From positions 2,706,826 to 2,770,825 of the forward strand of contig BFEA01000032.1 in the NCBI GenBank assembly GCA_003427395.1: a stretch of 64,000 bases of DNA, read 5' to 3'. Below the pieces are notes generated by a model. That model was not told where the DNA came from. It did not search any database and saw only the letters and a list, made by a program, of their open reading frames with translations. Positions 25,071 to 38,844 of the stretch are shown in pieces (within the stretch, counting starts at the first letter, position 1; the number at the start of each line of letters is the position of its first letter). The stretch comes from Chara braunii. Its lineage: Eukaryota; Plantae; Charophyceae. Made by a program: the position numbers and the translations under genes.

Positions 25071-27308
25071 ACGTCCAACCCTCCTTAGCCACTATAAAAC
25101 AGGCAGTTGTCCCCAACTGCCACACAAAGCACTCGTGCTGCCAGTGTGTGACGAACACACTTGAGTGCTGCTGGCTACTGGAGGTGCTGCCAGAGGCAAC
25201 GTGGGAGAAGGCTGGAGGTCTGCAGAGGAGCGCGAGGAGAGGAGCTGGGCAGCTATAGCCAAGGCAGGGAGCACTCTGCTCCCCTCCCCTCTGGCTGGTG
25301 ATGATCCCATGGGACTGACCCAGGGACACTGCGGGACTACGACGGTATGACACTGAAAATTTGGGCCTGGGGCCCAAGTTTTATTAATTCTGGCCAGCCA
25401 TTTTTTCATCTTTTTTGGGGAGATGCTGCCAAAATTTTACAACGGCAGGTAAGCTGCAGCAAGGCTGTTGACGACGGTACCGGCGAATGGATCTACAGCA
25501 AGCCATTTTTCCACTTACATGAGGAGGTGTTGTCGAATTTTTACGACAGTGAACGACGAGCGGCTAGGCTATTGGCGGCGGCACCAGGCTGAACAAATTT
25601 GCGGTAAGTTATTTTCCCCACTTCTATGGGAAAATGCTGCCAAAAAATTTTAACGCCAACGGTAAAAATTTTAGCGGCGTTATGCTGCCGAAATTTAAGG
25701 CCGTCAGGATAAACTAAGTGGAAGGGAAGTGCTGACCGTCGGCGACCACGTTAGTAATTAGCGCTTTTGAGTGAGAATCAGTGGGGAGGTGACATTTATT
25801 TTTTATTTTGCGTCAACAAAAGGCGGGACGACGCGCAATTGTCCAAGTGAGACCAGTGGGACCGATGAGACACGTGAGTGGATCAGGCGGTACCAGCAAA
25901 GGAAGAGTGGTCCTTTATTTATTTTTTTTAGAGTCAGGGGAGACTGTTTTGACAAACGACATCATCTGGAAGTGAAAGAGGAGGACATGGGACTGCCTGG
26001 GACCACTTGGCACTAGTGGGCATCGCCGTGAACCACTCGGTACCAGTTGGTACTAATGCAGACCACTGGGTATTACTTGGCACAGACGTGGGGCCACCTG
26101 GAGCTAATTGGGACTTGTGGGACTTTCCGCCTTCGCGTTTGGGACTGCCGAAAAAAAAACTAGTGAGTCGGGTGTCGACCGGGACTAGTAACTTGCGCAG
26201 TTATACCTGAAGCAGCGGTTTCTTCGACAAGGCGCGCCAGTTACTTGAAGGAGGTCGCAGTCAGAACTTTCTCTACTGAAGGTCAATGGTTGGCATGAAT
26301 CCCTCACACTGTATGACCCTTCTCTTTTTTTTTTGGGTGCTCAGAAAAAGGTTGAAAGGAAAGAAAGTGTGACGAGGCATGCTTGTGTGGGACTCTGGGT
26401 CTGACTTGGGTGATGCTTTCGTGGTTGAACTCGTTGAATGTTGACTTTGCTTTGCATGCAGATGTGTGAAAAGGGAGAAGTACTGAGAAGGGAAATTCAA
26501 ATTTTACTGATTGAAATGGTGAAAACGTTGAATGTTTCTTCTATCTGTTCTCTGTGCTGTCTTCACCTATCTGATAAAGTAACAGTCAAACTATAAACGG
26601 GAAAAGTAACCGGGGTCGAAAAAGAAATGTGGAATATAAAGGAAAGGGAATGAATGAACTTAACTATCTTTGAGGTTCTTTTTCTATCCCGAATGACTCT
26701 CTCGACATGCCTCCCGTTCAAATGACTCTCGACTATATCTCCTTCCTTCTCTGCATTTCTGATTCGTCTAAGTTGTTTCCCTCGTGTTGAGGTCCAGGGT
26801 AGTCGATCTGATTCTGAGTTTGAGGGCTTCCTCATTCTAGAGGGAAATTTGGGCGGGGGTTCGTTGCTTTAGGAGCCAACCCTGTTATCGACCCGGAATG
26901 ACCGTTTTTATGGGGGAGTGCTTTGTGGATTCGATGGAGATGGTCCGACTTCTGAGATTTGAGCTTTCCTCTTGGACAAGGAAAAGGAGTACTCCAGACC
27001 ACTTCCTAGAGGGTGGGATGCACAACGAATAAACGATCAAAATTGGTTTTCCCGTGTACCTTTATACAGGGAAAAAACTGAAGATGAATACCCTTTTGAG
27101 TGACCACCTTAGGTGTCACTAACTCATGGAGAACTGACGTAAAAAGGAACCTAGTTCATGTACATATTAGTGTCTGAAGGAGTGTGAATAGACACTACTT
27201 TTTCGTGTCTGGACCGTGGTATAAGAATCACGGCTCAGAAAGAGGGATAAGGGTAAAGAGGTTTTTGCAGATAAATTTATATTGACAAGGTTATTGCTTA
27301 TCACTCAG

Positions 27309-28916
27309 ATGTCTACCGAAGAGGTGATCATCCGTTTTTTTAAAACACGTGAGGCGACGTCAAACTAGATAGTTGTGCCAACACGATCCCGCGTAGGCAT
27401 TGATGCAGGAAAGGCGTCTAGTCTAAAGACTGCACAAAGTTTTTTCGAACCGGGACGAATCGTGATTTTGGGACGGAAGTTTGATAAATCCTCCATTAAG
27501 TTATGTTTTTAGGGCAGAAAGTGAACTTCATATGGTGCGATACGATTTCGTGTCTTCTTTTCTTACACGAGATTTTGGGGATATGAATCTCGTCGTAGTT
27601 CATGAGGCGAATCCCAACAGGGAGGACGCTCCGGAGGTTAGAAGAATGTTTCTTCGTATTTTGCTATGGTTGAACGATCGACAATGACCTTTTTGTTTTC
27701 TTTACTATTTGAGACGGATTCGGGCCAACATGTTCAATATCCTTTATTCTGAACGGTTTTCGATCAACGCATTCGACGATCAGGAGTACGAAATCGGGGA
27801 GCATCTGCGTGAATGACATTTTGTATAATTAGAAACTGGTCAAGGAAAGGGAGTTAGAAAAATAAATATCTGAGGAAATTTGTTATGTTTTCATAAAAAC
27901 TACTCGTGTTTTCTCTTTTCCAGATGTCTACGGTAAGCGCCGTCATCATGCTCTTTCCAAGCAGTGAGGCTGCCGCAAGATATATAGTCTAGGCAAGAAG
28001 GTGAGGTGTAATTTTAGAACAAGTCGGTGGAATAGTCTATGATCCGATCGTCGTGTTTCTTCTAGGACGAGAATTAAGAACGGATCACGACACGACAAGG
28101 AACCCACCACGAACTTTTTTGTTTATCACATCGCCTTATCAACAGATTTTCGAATTAAGCTTCGTCAGAATTCTACGGTCGGACTGGGATAACCTACGCA
28201 TAGTATTTGGGTACAAGGATAATGATTTGCATGTCTATTTCAATCATGACATAAATTGATGTATCTGCGACTCGTTTTGTACTACAATGCCCGCGTACGT
28301 CCATTTGATGAGATCGAGTTCATGAAGCGAATTCGAGCCAACCGCTTCCAAAATTCAGGAAGAGAAAGGTTTGACATAGCCATCTATTGGAACCGGCTGA
28401 GTTATCTGCGACGACTCCTTGATGTGAACTTTACAGATGACGTGCAAGACAGTGATAGTAATTCTCTTTCACACATGTGAGGAGGCAAGTGAATGGATAT
28501 CAAGCACTGGAGACAACGGGATCGGCTCGATGCAGACAGGACGGTTAGTATACGATTCATCTGTCGTGTTTCCTGAAAGAGATAGACAACGATTCTAGCG
28601 AGGAAACTTGAGACGACCTTCAAGGAGTTATCTAATTAGCACTGCCTACGGATGGGACATTACTCAATATGGGTTCGCCCCTCGACGAGACTTTGACGGT
28701 GCATATCTGATGGTTCGGCACAACGAAGGAGCGGGGCGATACATCGAGAATATTCCTGAAGTGAAATGGTTATTCTTAGTTATTCTAGTGCATTTCAATG
28801 AGCAGCATGGACCCTTCGATTTTGGTCACCATTATCGTCGGACTCCAGATGACCGATTTCAGCACTTCAGACGGATTGTTTTCTCTGTGGTAGAGTTCGA
28901 GCGCGCGGAGCGCTGA
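27309..28916 (+). pseudogene. Three tandem decayed paralogs of an unknown ~160-aa protein
   Basis: Units ~27309-27815, 27924-28480 and ~28540-28916 share ILGRKF/LLGREL/ILARKL and FLxIL..xN....PF......RRI.AN.F; in-frame stops and frameshifts. Confidence 0.65.
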
Positions 28917-30118
28917 TTGTTTTCGCTGATCAACTCTTAATTGTGGTTCTCTTGTGAGAAGATGGACGACGGACGACGCGATCTTACCATAGCGAGATAT
29001 CTTTTTGTTCGCAACACACACGAGGGCGATCTAATCAGAGAAGCGAAGCGACTTTTGCAGGTTCGAGATGACACTCCTACCTAGTGGATCGGTTTCATCG
29101 AGATACTCTGAAATGACGATGGATTTTTCCCTACCACTCGTGCGGATTTCCGGGTCGATACGGCTCAGACTCCTGAGGAGTTTTATGGTTATAACTTGTA
29201 TTTCCACCGCGTAAGTAACCTCCAATGTCTCTCTCAAGTCATTGTCAGTATTAAGATTACCTCGTCCGATAGATGTTTCGACGTCGTCCGGATCCGGGAC
29301 ACAGAGACCCGACACTTATTTGGACTGAGTCGGCCTTTTCGAGTCATAGTATGAAGACTAGCCTCGCAGATGGTCTCCCTCTATGGTACTCGAATTGTTA
29401 GAGTTATGCGAGGTGGATGGATGACGAACTTGGTATTCGACGACGGCGAGCTTACGCGATTGGATCTGTTGGAGGCTCAGACACGCAGAGGACGACATAT
29501 TTACCAGGGCTAGACATCGTTTTCTGGAAACGTTATCTGATTTACCGAAGAACACCTCGCATAGACTAATCCCGTTGAAGAAGTCATATGACTTATGACT
29601 TCACGAGGTAATCTCAAAAACAAAAATAAAAACACTCCATGTAGATAGGTCTGTCGGATGGATAGTATTCGGACTACCTCGATAATTTCACTATCATGCT
29701 TTGGCATTGAGGGGTAAATACATAAGAAAAGAAGAATAAACAAATACGTTTCATCGGTCTGAAGTTACCTTTAGACGTTTTTGCAGGAAAACTGAAACGG
29801 GCCCCTGAAATCAAACATGAAAACTATAGGCGTCAAATTAAAGAATTGAGGGAATTTTCTCTTTTCATTTTCAACAAGAAAGTTTTCTGTTGTTTTGAGA
29901 TTACATCAACGACAACGAGGAATTACGTTAGCATGATTTTTTCATCAGACCAAATCAATTATATTAAAAATTGTGTTGTATTTTCACATCGGTGATTGTT
30001 TAAATGATTGACTGAGATGATGACTTATATAATATATATATAATATATATATAATATATATCGTCAAATAGAACTGCCCGGTAAACCGTAGGCAGAGAGG
30101 GAGAAGAGGACAACAAAC

Positions 30119-30200
30119 GAGGGGTTGTGACAAACTGTTTCGTCGGAGTTCCACCGACTCATCAGGAGGCTGAACCCTCAACAGTCTGCAGAATCCCCTC
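30119..30200 (-). ncRNA. Type III hammerhead ribozyme
   Basis: Minus strand: CAGACUG-UU-GAGG GUUCAG CCUC-CUGAUGA-GUCGG UGGAACU CCGAC-GAAA-CAGUUUG, plus outer GAGGGG/CCCCUC pairing. All three stems pair. Confidence 0.9.
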
Positions 30201-30382
30201 ACTGATTACACTGTAAATGATAATCTACCTTAACCAAAATCAAAGTAGACTATCACTCACCCACACCAGATNGAAAACTCTACAGACTGTCGGTTCACAC
30301 CCCATCACAAGCCAGCAAAACATCCACGAAACAAAGAAAGGTCTGTCACAGCCAAAAAATACACTCCAGACACACCGCTGGC

Positions 30383-30386
<4 letters not shown>

Positions 30387-30453
<67 letters not shown>
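30387..30453. repeat. (TA)n microsatellite
   Basis: Direct reading. Confidence 0.95.
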
Positions 30454-30456
<3 letters not shown>

Positions 30457-30569
30457 CTTTGTTAACGACATGTGTGACTTCACCTTGTTAAGTTATATAT
30501 ATCTATATATATATAGAATATATATATATATGTATATTGTATAGGACTAGGGTTGAGTTGTGGTTTCCA

Positions 30570-31050
30570 TGCTTGATTGAGACCGCCCTAGTCAACCGGT
30601 GTATGCTTCATCCTTAGGAGATCATCGTTATAAGTGACGAACGACGTCCGGGTTCAATAGGCGTTTTAATCGCGTGTACCTATATTACAGCGATCGAGCA
30701 AACACCCTCGGCTGACTCACCTCTGCAATTGCATGTAAAAGCTTTCGCACGTGGGTCAGTAGCTCGGTGAGGATACACCCCTAAGGGTGGTGACAGCCAC
30801 TTAGGGAAGAAAGTTTATGCCCCGCGGGAACCTATCCTGTCGTAGGGGACCGTGGGATGTACAGCTGGCGCACCCGGCTAGAGTGACGTGACCGAGGTCG
30901 TCTCGACGACTCGTGGGACTATTTATGCTTCGTCCCCAAGTTGTCTCTCTTGTTTTGTTTTTCGTCTAACTCCTACGTGACATAGTCGGGAGGGCTCCCG
31001 CCTCGTCGCAAGAAAAGGCGGGGGCCGATGCGCTCGACAACGCAGCCTGG
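30570..31050 (-). repeat. Conserved ~400-bp non-coding module, copy 3 (inverted, more diverged)
   Basis: Reverse complement aligns to 13230-13650 (CCCCTACGACAGGATAGG, CACCACCCTTAGGGG, GCAATTGCAGAGGTG, CCGAGGGTGTTT). Confidence 0.75.
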
Positions 31051-32343
31051 AAGGGCTGCGCCAAAATAGAGCACACGCCCATGCTCTATTCGAGATGTTA
31101 GCCAAAATCGGTGAAATGTTGTGAACCCAACAACTGTGCGCAGCAACACGTCATCGTGGTGATGCATAGTAATGCATAACAGCGAGCAGCGGCGTGCATG
31201 GCAAGATGCGCGACAATGTGCACTGTAAAACACATAGTAAACACAACAAGCGGTGCATGCACTGCGTAAAATCCAGCAAGGTGGCAAGGCACAACAAACT
31301 TCAGCAAAGCAAACTATGCAGCAACTCAGGAAAACAACATTGAGCAGCAATACTCAACATACAACAAACCTATCAGAACAGTGAAACCGCAAGGCTCAGC
31401 AAGGCAACGAGTCAACAACTGCCACCAACTAGGAACACCGACGACGATCACAATGAACAACACTTCAGATGGGAATGTGACAAACAGCACCCGCCATTCT
31501 GAGGGAAACTCCGAAAGGAACCAGCTACTCAGACAGTTCGATCAGTCTTTCGCCCCTATACTCAACTCTAAAGAACGCAAACATTACAGTATCGCTGCGA
31601 GCCTCCACCACATTCTTTGGCCTCACCCTTCTCAGGCATAGTTCACCATCTATCGTGTCCCATTAGTTATATACACCCTGGATCCTGTCACAGCAGATTG
31701 TGATCGGAGTCACACTCAGCTTTGAGCAGCAGCAACGACCGAAGTACACTCAGATGGCGATCACACTGTGTATTTGTAGTGAAACTCAGATTCAGCTAAA
31801 CTACTGCCCCCTTTGTTCCACACTGTCTCTCAGTTCACGATAAGCCTGTTTCCGTCCTAACCCCCCCTCCCCCTCCCGACTAACGTCGACAGACCACAAC
31901 TACCGGATTGCCTATGACATGGAACCAGGCCGTACTCACACAATCAACAGGGGCAGCTGGCATAGCAAAAATAAGGATGGCTGCACGCGAGCCCGACCAA
32001 TCAGCAACGGCCCCGCGGAGCAGATTCAGCGGGACCCCTGTGATGACCAGCAACGGGATCCAAGTGCAAAACTACGGATCTGGTTGGCGATTCATACGTA
32101 AGTCAAAACTTTTTTTATTGCAGTCCCCACTGGATCCAGACTCACGTTTGTAATTCAACAGAACTGATTTTATTGCGTTCGCCATTAGATTCAAACTCAC
32201 GTCTGTAATTCAACAGTTTTATATATGCATTAACTGAGCAGCCTCCCAATGTACAAATTTGAGAATGAATCTTCTGCTAGAACATGGAAAGATACACCGC
32301 GACCTCGTGCAGAGGTCGCGCGACACGAATCACACCACCTGGT

Positions 32344-32438
<95 letters not shown>

Positions 32439-33355
32439 CCACACACACACTGCAGCTGCCCCCTGTTCACGAAGGCACCTGGCCACTAGCTATGCCGGGT
32501 TCGGTCGAAGCCCAGGGGAAAGAAGATCACGAGGCTTGAAGTAGCGTACAGCCGGGGCGATCACAATGATGACGACCAGAATCGTGCTGTCCTCCAAATG
32601 TGCAAAATGAGAATGAATCTTCTGCTAGTTTGTGACCGGGTACATTGGTCCGCTGAAAATCAACATAATGGCGGGCAACGATTGGTAATAACCTCTTGAT
32701 GAAGATCCCCTATGACAAACAGGTAGGTCCCTGTTTCTCCCTCTTTCTTCCTCGTCGTTCCTTGTTTGCCTTCTTCCTCGTCGTTCCTTGTTTGCCTCCT
32801 CGTCATCTCCCCATCTGCTTTCGTCCTCGATCTCACCTGCTTTCCTCCTCGTCATGTCAATCGCGTATCATCATCCCTGTGCGTGCAACCTCTCTCTTCT
32901 ATAACGCCCAGACTATCATTCGAGCCTCAAATCTAAAGCTACCATTCAACTCGCGGTGGCCCAACCCCCGTTTAGCCTTTTATTTCATTCGATTCCATCA
33001 AGAATTGAGTGAAAACTAAATTTCTTACTCGCACCATCTCTCTTTTTTTGCTACTTTTGCGCAACCCTTTTTCCTACTAACCTTTATTCCACTAATCTAA
33101 CAGCAAAACTAACCTTACTAACGAATTCGCCCCTGCACAAAACCCTTATCTACCACCCTGGTTCGCCCGAATCTGCTAGGAATCGAGCAGACCACACAAC
33201 TTTCATCCGCCATGCTCGTCTTCGTCCTCTGTTTGCCATCAACCCTCCCTTATGCTATTGCTGCACCTAGCGCTCTACACTCTGTCAACAGCCCAATCAC
33301 ACAACAACATCAGAAGGAAGCCCGCTGCCCTCGAGAGCTCAGCCTCAAATAGCCC

Positions 33356-33360
<5 letters not shown>

Positions 33361-33394
<34 letters not shown>

Positions 33395-33432
33395 TAAAGC
33401 TCCATCTATTGGTGGAGAGCAGCACCTGCATA
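33361..33432 (-). mobile_element. Very short LINE-3'-end insertion with poly(A)
   Basis: Poly(T) 33361-33393 followed by GCTCCATCTATTGGTGGAGAGCAGCACCTGC. Confidence 0.75.
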
Positions 33433-36242
33433 GCAGCAGCAGAGATGGTGGCTCCGCTGCAGTCAGTCTTGCCGGAGTGAGGTATAGTGGATTGATGGGG
33501 GGGGTTCTGAGTCCGTTTCTCAATTTTGTTTAATCATGAAGATTGTCATAGACATGTCTGAAGTAGCTCCAATTTTTCCGATGGCCCCAGTATCTCAATT
33601 TCCAAAATTCCATCCTTAGGCTAATTACACTTTTCTAGTAGTTCCTTTGTCTCATTTTCATGAATTTTCCGATGAAGTTTTCTGAGCGTACTCTTTATGG
33701 GAGGCTGGGCCCGGTTCCCAGTTTGTGCCAATTTGTGAGGATATGGTTGTATCTATGGCGCGACTCACCACAGCTCCGACCAGCGTCGTCTCGGCAGCAA
33801 TCCTTCATTGTCCCGTGGAAAGCCCACCCCAAGACCTCCCCAGATCTCACTACCAGACCTCACCCTCCTGAACCGCAGGTTATAGGGCAACACCCCAGCA
33901 TCGGTCAGCGTCGTTCTGGCATCGAACAACCGCAGATCACTGAGTATAACAGCATTGAAGCCACGTAAGACGCGTTAGTAGGGATCCCAGAGTCCTAAAG
34001 AACATTCCTAGGACCACTAAGCACCCAACTCTTTTTGGGACATTCGAAAAGCTTTAGAAAAATATAAGGGTGGGTGAGCAAGACTAAATCTGCCTACTAT
34101 CCTAGATTCCCCCTTCCAACAGATGGGGCGCCGGTCCAGGCTTTCAGTCCTCGTACCAGAACTCACTTGATCTCATACCCCCTTCTGCTAGGGTAACAGG
34201 GCACCACAACCCTCCCCAGTACCGATCAACCTAGCTCTGACGGACAGGAATTGCCTTTCCCCCTCTACAATTCCCTTAGAGGGGAGCCCCTAAACAGGTT
34301 ACAGGGTCAAAACCCCGGCGCCAACTTTGTCGGACGATCTGGTTATGCCTTCCTCCCTCGGCATAACTTCCCAGGCCTCAAGCTCCCCCTGGGTTACAGA
34401 GCAGAGGCTCCAGCACCGGCCTGTGTCGTCCCAACATCGTCCTTCTAACCTACTTACCCTAACAAACAACCCTTTCTGTTGAAAATCCCTTTGCTACCTT
34501 CCTTCCTTTTAGTCTAGCTTCCCCCCCCTTCGGCTCACTGTGTAGCTATCGAAATCACTCCTTCCCTCAATAAAAAAGTCCTAACACACTGCTATAAGCA
34601 GCCACCCCCTTGCCTTCTCTCCCCGCCCGCCAGTACTGATCCGACCCTAAATCCATCTGGCTAAGAGACAACAATCCCCCAATACCGCCTCCCCCCTCCA
34701 AGGATAACACCTCCCACCTTGTGAAACCCTCACGGGGGGAGGCTCTAACCCTCAAGGAAGACCCCACACAGCAAGCCACAATTACGCCCCTCAAGACCAG
34801 GAGTTGAGATTTGCAAATAGAGAAAGCCAATCCGAATCAAAAATTACCGCACGGTGTTATGATTAACAACCATAAGGTTTTGAAAAAATACTGCAGTAGC
34901 CTACTTTTAGGCATCGGAGATCAGAACAAGTTTGTATCAGAAATCAAGAAAAAAATCAAGACCATAAGATCGATGGTAAGGGAAAACTATTGAGTGACAA
35001 AATTTACGAGAAATTATACGAAATTTAGGTTTAGGTATCCATAAAGGATTTTTGAATCAGATTCCCAAACCACGGTTTGAGAAACGTTTAACAAAGATGT
35101 AAGGCACGGAAAAGTTTAAGAAAATATTTTCAGAAAACCATAATATCGAGAGGATCCACCAACGGAAAGCTAAATCAGATCATCACCATTAGAAAGAAAA
35201 TTCAGAATTACAACCTAGAAAAACAAACGAGTGAATTCATAATAGAGAAAACAAAATTCAAAAGACCTAATTAGATCATCATCCTTTGGTAAACATCAAG
35301 GGCATGCGGACGTTAAGAATCAAGAGAGAGAGGGCAAACAGGCAATACAAAGTCAAACAATCAGAAAAACTATTGAAAACGAAACCCTGAGATCATGTTG
35401 ACGTGGAACCTTTTTCACCCGCAGCAAGCTTCACATGAGATGGCGATGTCCTCCTTCCTCCTTGAAGCGATATCCTCTATGAAGAGTCCTCGAAAAACCC
35501 CTCTGCCTCCCTTTCATCCACCTACCATCACTCGAACCAACCCCCACCACCTTCGGGAGGGAAACATCAAGCCCCCCTCCATTTGCCGGCTAGAACAGCT
35601 TCAGCTGCCGACCACAGTGTCGACGCCAACAACAAAGGTATCAACGGTCATCCACAACTCTACAAGGTACTGGATGGTGAAGTAAAGCCTCGTCGAGCCC
35701 GTCAAGGAGTTACCTCAGGAGATTCAAGCCCTCAGCAGAACCCTGTCTGCCACCTTACGCAGCGTAGACGAAAGAGAGCGGAGGAAACTAAACTACCAGC
35801 CATGAACCCTCATGTGCCATCGCCAACCTCTCCTCACGTGGCGCCACCACGATGCATCCTCGTCACCATCGTTCTCGTCGTCCTCCGAAAACCCCAAGCC
35901 ACTCACCCACCTCACCTCCCTCCCCCAATATTGCAGCGCGCCGCCGCACTGCACCCTCCATCCCGTCGTTGCTGCCGCCTGACGTCACTTGGTCCGTCCG
36001 CGTGAACGGGGCGCAACGCTCCCGGTCGTGCTGCGCCCCCGACCTCCGTAAACGCACTTGTCAAGTCCCCACCTGCAGGTTAATTCCAACATGGCTCGCA
36101 GCAACATCAAGCAGCAGGGTTGTTACAGCCTTTTCTGTACATTTTCAGTCTTAACCAAAGTCCTGAGGAACTAACATTGGGAACGACCTCAGAGTATCAT
36201 CTCGGAACTGACCGCTTGCTTTACAATTTTTATTCACCTAGT

Positions 36243-36460
36243 CCCATCTAGATTCGAACACAGGTCTGCACTTCAACAATTAAGGTGTGCGACAACTCAG
36301 CTACGCCAGTTGGTACCGGCATTGTCATGGAACCAGTCACAACCCCGATATCAGATAACCCAAAACCATAGTATTTTGTTCGCCCGTTTCCAGTGGAGCT
36401 TGAACTCAGGACTGTATTTCAACAATTCATAGGTGTACCAACTAGGCTACAGTAGCCCCC
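36243..36460 (-). repeat. Two tandem degenerate tRNA-like (Pol III A/B box) units
   Basis: Minus strand: TAGCCTAGTTGGTACACC..AATTGTTGAA..CCTGAGTTCAAGC and TAGCTGAGTTGTCGCACACC..AATTGTTGAA..CCTGTGTTCGAATC. Confidence 0.55.
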
Positions 36461-38844
36461 TTGATATGAGACTAAAAATAAAAATAAGAATAAAATTTAG
36501 AAAAATTTGAAAACAAAAGGAAGGGGGAGCAACCCATGGCATCTCCTTCGTCCTGCCGATTGGACCCACGGTCGGGACCAACAATAAAACTAAGGACGAG
36601 CAGTCTCGTCGGACCCTTTAACCCTTTGATTCCTTCAAGTTGCTCCACCGCTCTATCGTTGCCTGTCGTTGGCCTTAATCCTTATCCCTCCATATTGAAA
36701 ATCCAATATCGTAACCAATAGCACTAAGCCCAAGGCCGATTACAACAAAAACGATTTTTAATATAAATGGCTTTTGTGTTGTATACGGCTTACCGAAACG
36801 CCCCAAGGCCTCAACTTAGCTTTCCGGTCGAGCCCACGACCGCCGAATCCCGGCACCCGCCCCACAAAGGGTCCGATTTTCCTTATAGTCGTTGTGGCCG
36901 TCGTGCACGCCGCCCATTACGCCAAAGTCATACCACCGTAAGGTCAATCAAAATGCCTTACCGCGTCGTGTATTAAACGAATCCATGTCCCTTCAAATAC
37001 AATTTTAAATAGTCACCCCTAAAAATGTCACGACAATGATGGTCAAACCTGACGTCGGCCATAGGAATGTCGTCTTTGTGCGTGCACATGCGCCATAAAC
37101 ATGCACGCACAAACAAACATATCAGCCAAAGAGAAAAATAATTTAAACCTAGTTTAATCAAAACAATAAGTCCACTGACAATTGTATCGGTTCCTTTACA
37201 TCAACAAGAAAAATCGTGTGCGCCTTAAAACCACGCGCCCACGCACCCCTTATTTTTCCTCTTAACTAACGGTTGGTTACAAAGAGAAAACTGGTTGCGG
37301 CTCACGTAGCTCACCAAATTTTCGTATCCAATTTTTAATTAAAGCCTTTGTTTCTATTATTTGCAAAAACCAGGGCAAATACCCTTGTAAGGGTATTCTT
37401 GTCGACAGCGCCATAATGGGCAGGGTGCGAATGCTCAACGCATAGGGGAAACCATTTTGTGTTGAGCTAGAACGTGGAATGTCCTTGACAATAAACTCGA
37501 ATTCCAGGTTCAGGACCAATGTCTCACCAATTAATTCAAATAGCAAGGATGAGTGTGCGCATTATCACGATTGTCGCGAAAATTATGCGCGCTCACTTTC
37601 ACTTAGCCATCATGACCACGATAAAATAAAAAAAGTTCAATCAGTCAAACAAAGAGGTGTGATATCAGACGATCACTCTCACAACAATATCGTGGTTTGT
37701 CCATATGCATTCACACAATACACAGACAATCACCAAGGCTCAATCCATAATTTTTCATTCATACATGTGATCACACTAAGTTTGAACAACAACATCGCAC
37801 GCACTAAGGGAGTCAACTTTACCATTCCATGTGCCTCATACCATGCCTTATGCACATAAGCCCCAACCATTTTTCCACCATCCCACAACAAAGACATTAA
37901 GTCTTTAAAAATGATCATTTAGAAAGAAGTCTGAGTGAAAATCCTAAAAAATATAAAAACCCACAAGGACTAAGGTCTTAGGTTGAGATGCAGAAGCAGG
38001 TAAGTTGCGTCGTAAACCGATCTATTATCAAGGGATAACAGAAGTGTGATCCTTTGTAGGATCAGGCAGAACAAATCGAACCTTCAATCGAATACATAGA
38101 TTTGCATCACCATACATGTTAAAAAAAAAACCATACTATGTTTAAAACAAATAAAGGACATGCTTCATTTGTAGCCTAACTCCTCTACTAACTTTTCTCT
38201 CTCCTTTCTCTGATTGGAACCAGAGGTTATTGGAAATTTTGGCAGCATTTCCCCTAGACCGGGTGGATTGCCAAATTTCTCATAGCAGAAAATAATCTAA
38301 CTTTTCAAATTTCAGAAAATTTTGGCAGCGCTTTCCGTAGGAAAAATGTTAAAAAAGAAAATTCACGAACCCCTAAAAACTAACTCTTGGATATTTGTAA
38401 AAATTTCGGTAGCGTTTCCCATTGGAAAAGGAGGCTGCCAAAATTTATGCAAAGTTGAAAATGCGAAAGCAAAATACAACTATACTTCAGACTAACTTCT
38501 GGCACTCAGTTGATAGTTAGAACTGTAAATAGTCTACACGATCTTTCTTTTGAATGTGGTATCGTGAGCTAACATTAGTCCTAACTTCTAGTAAGGTCAG
38601 TCATATTTCATCTCAAGTTTCCCTTCAATCATCTATCTTACCTGTCTGTAGCTCCAACACTCAGCGAGCATCTAAATCAACTAAGTTATCGAAAAAATAT
38701 CCCAAATGATAAACCAAAAACACACACACAAGTGAACACAATAACATCCTCTCACTAACCTTCAAGTTTCTTTCCAGATCATATAGTTTGTTTCAGTCTC
38801 ACGTTAGTACCTTTTTACCCTTCCTTACATAAGGCATAAGATCA

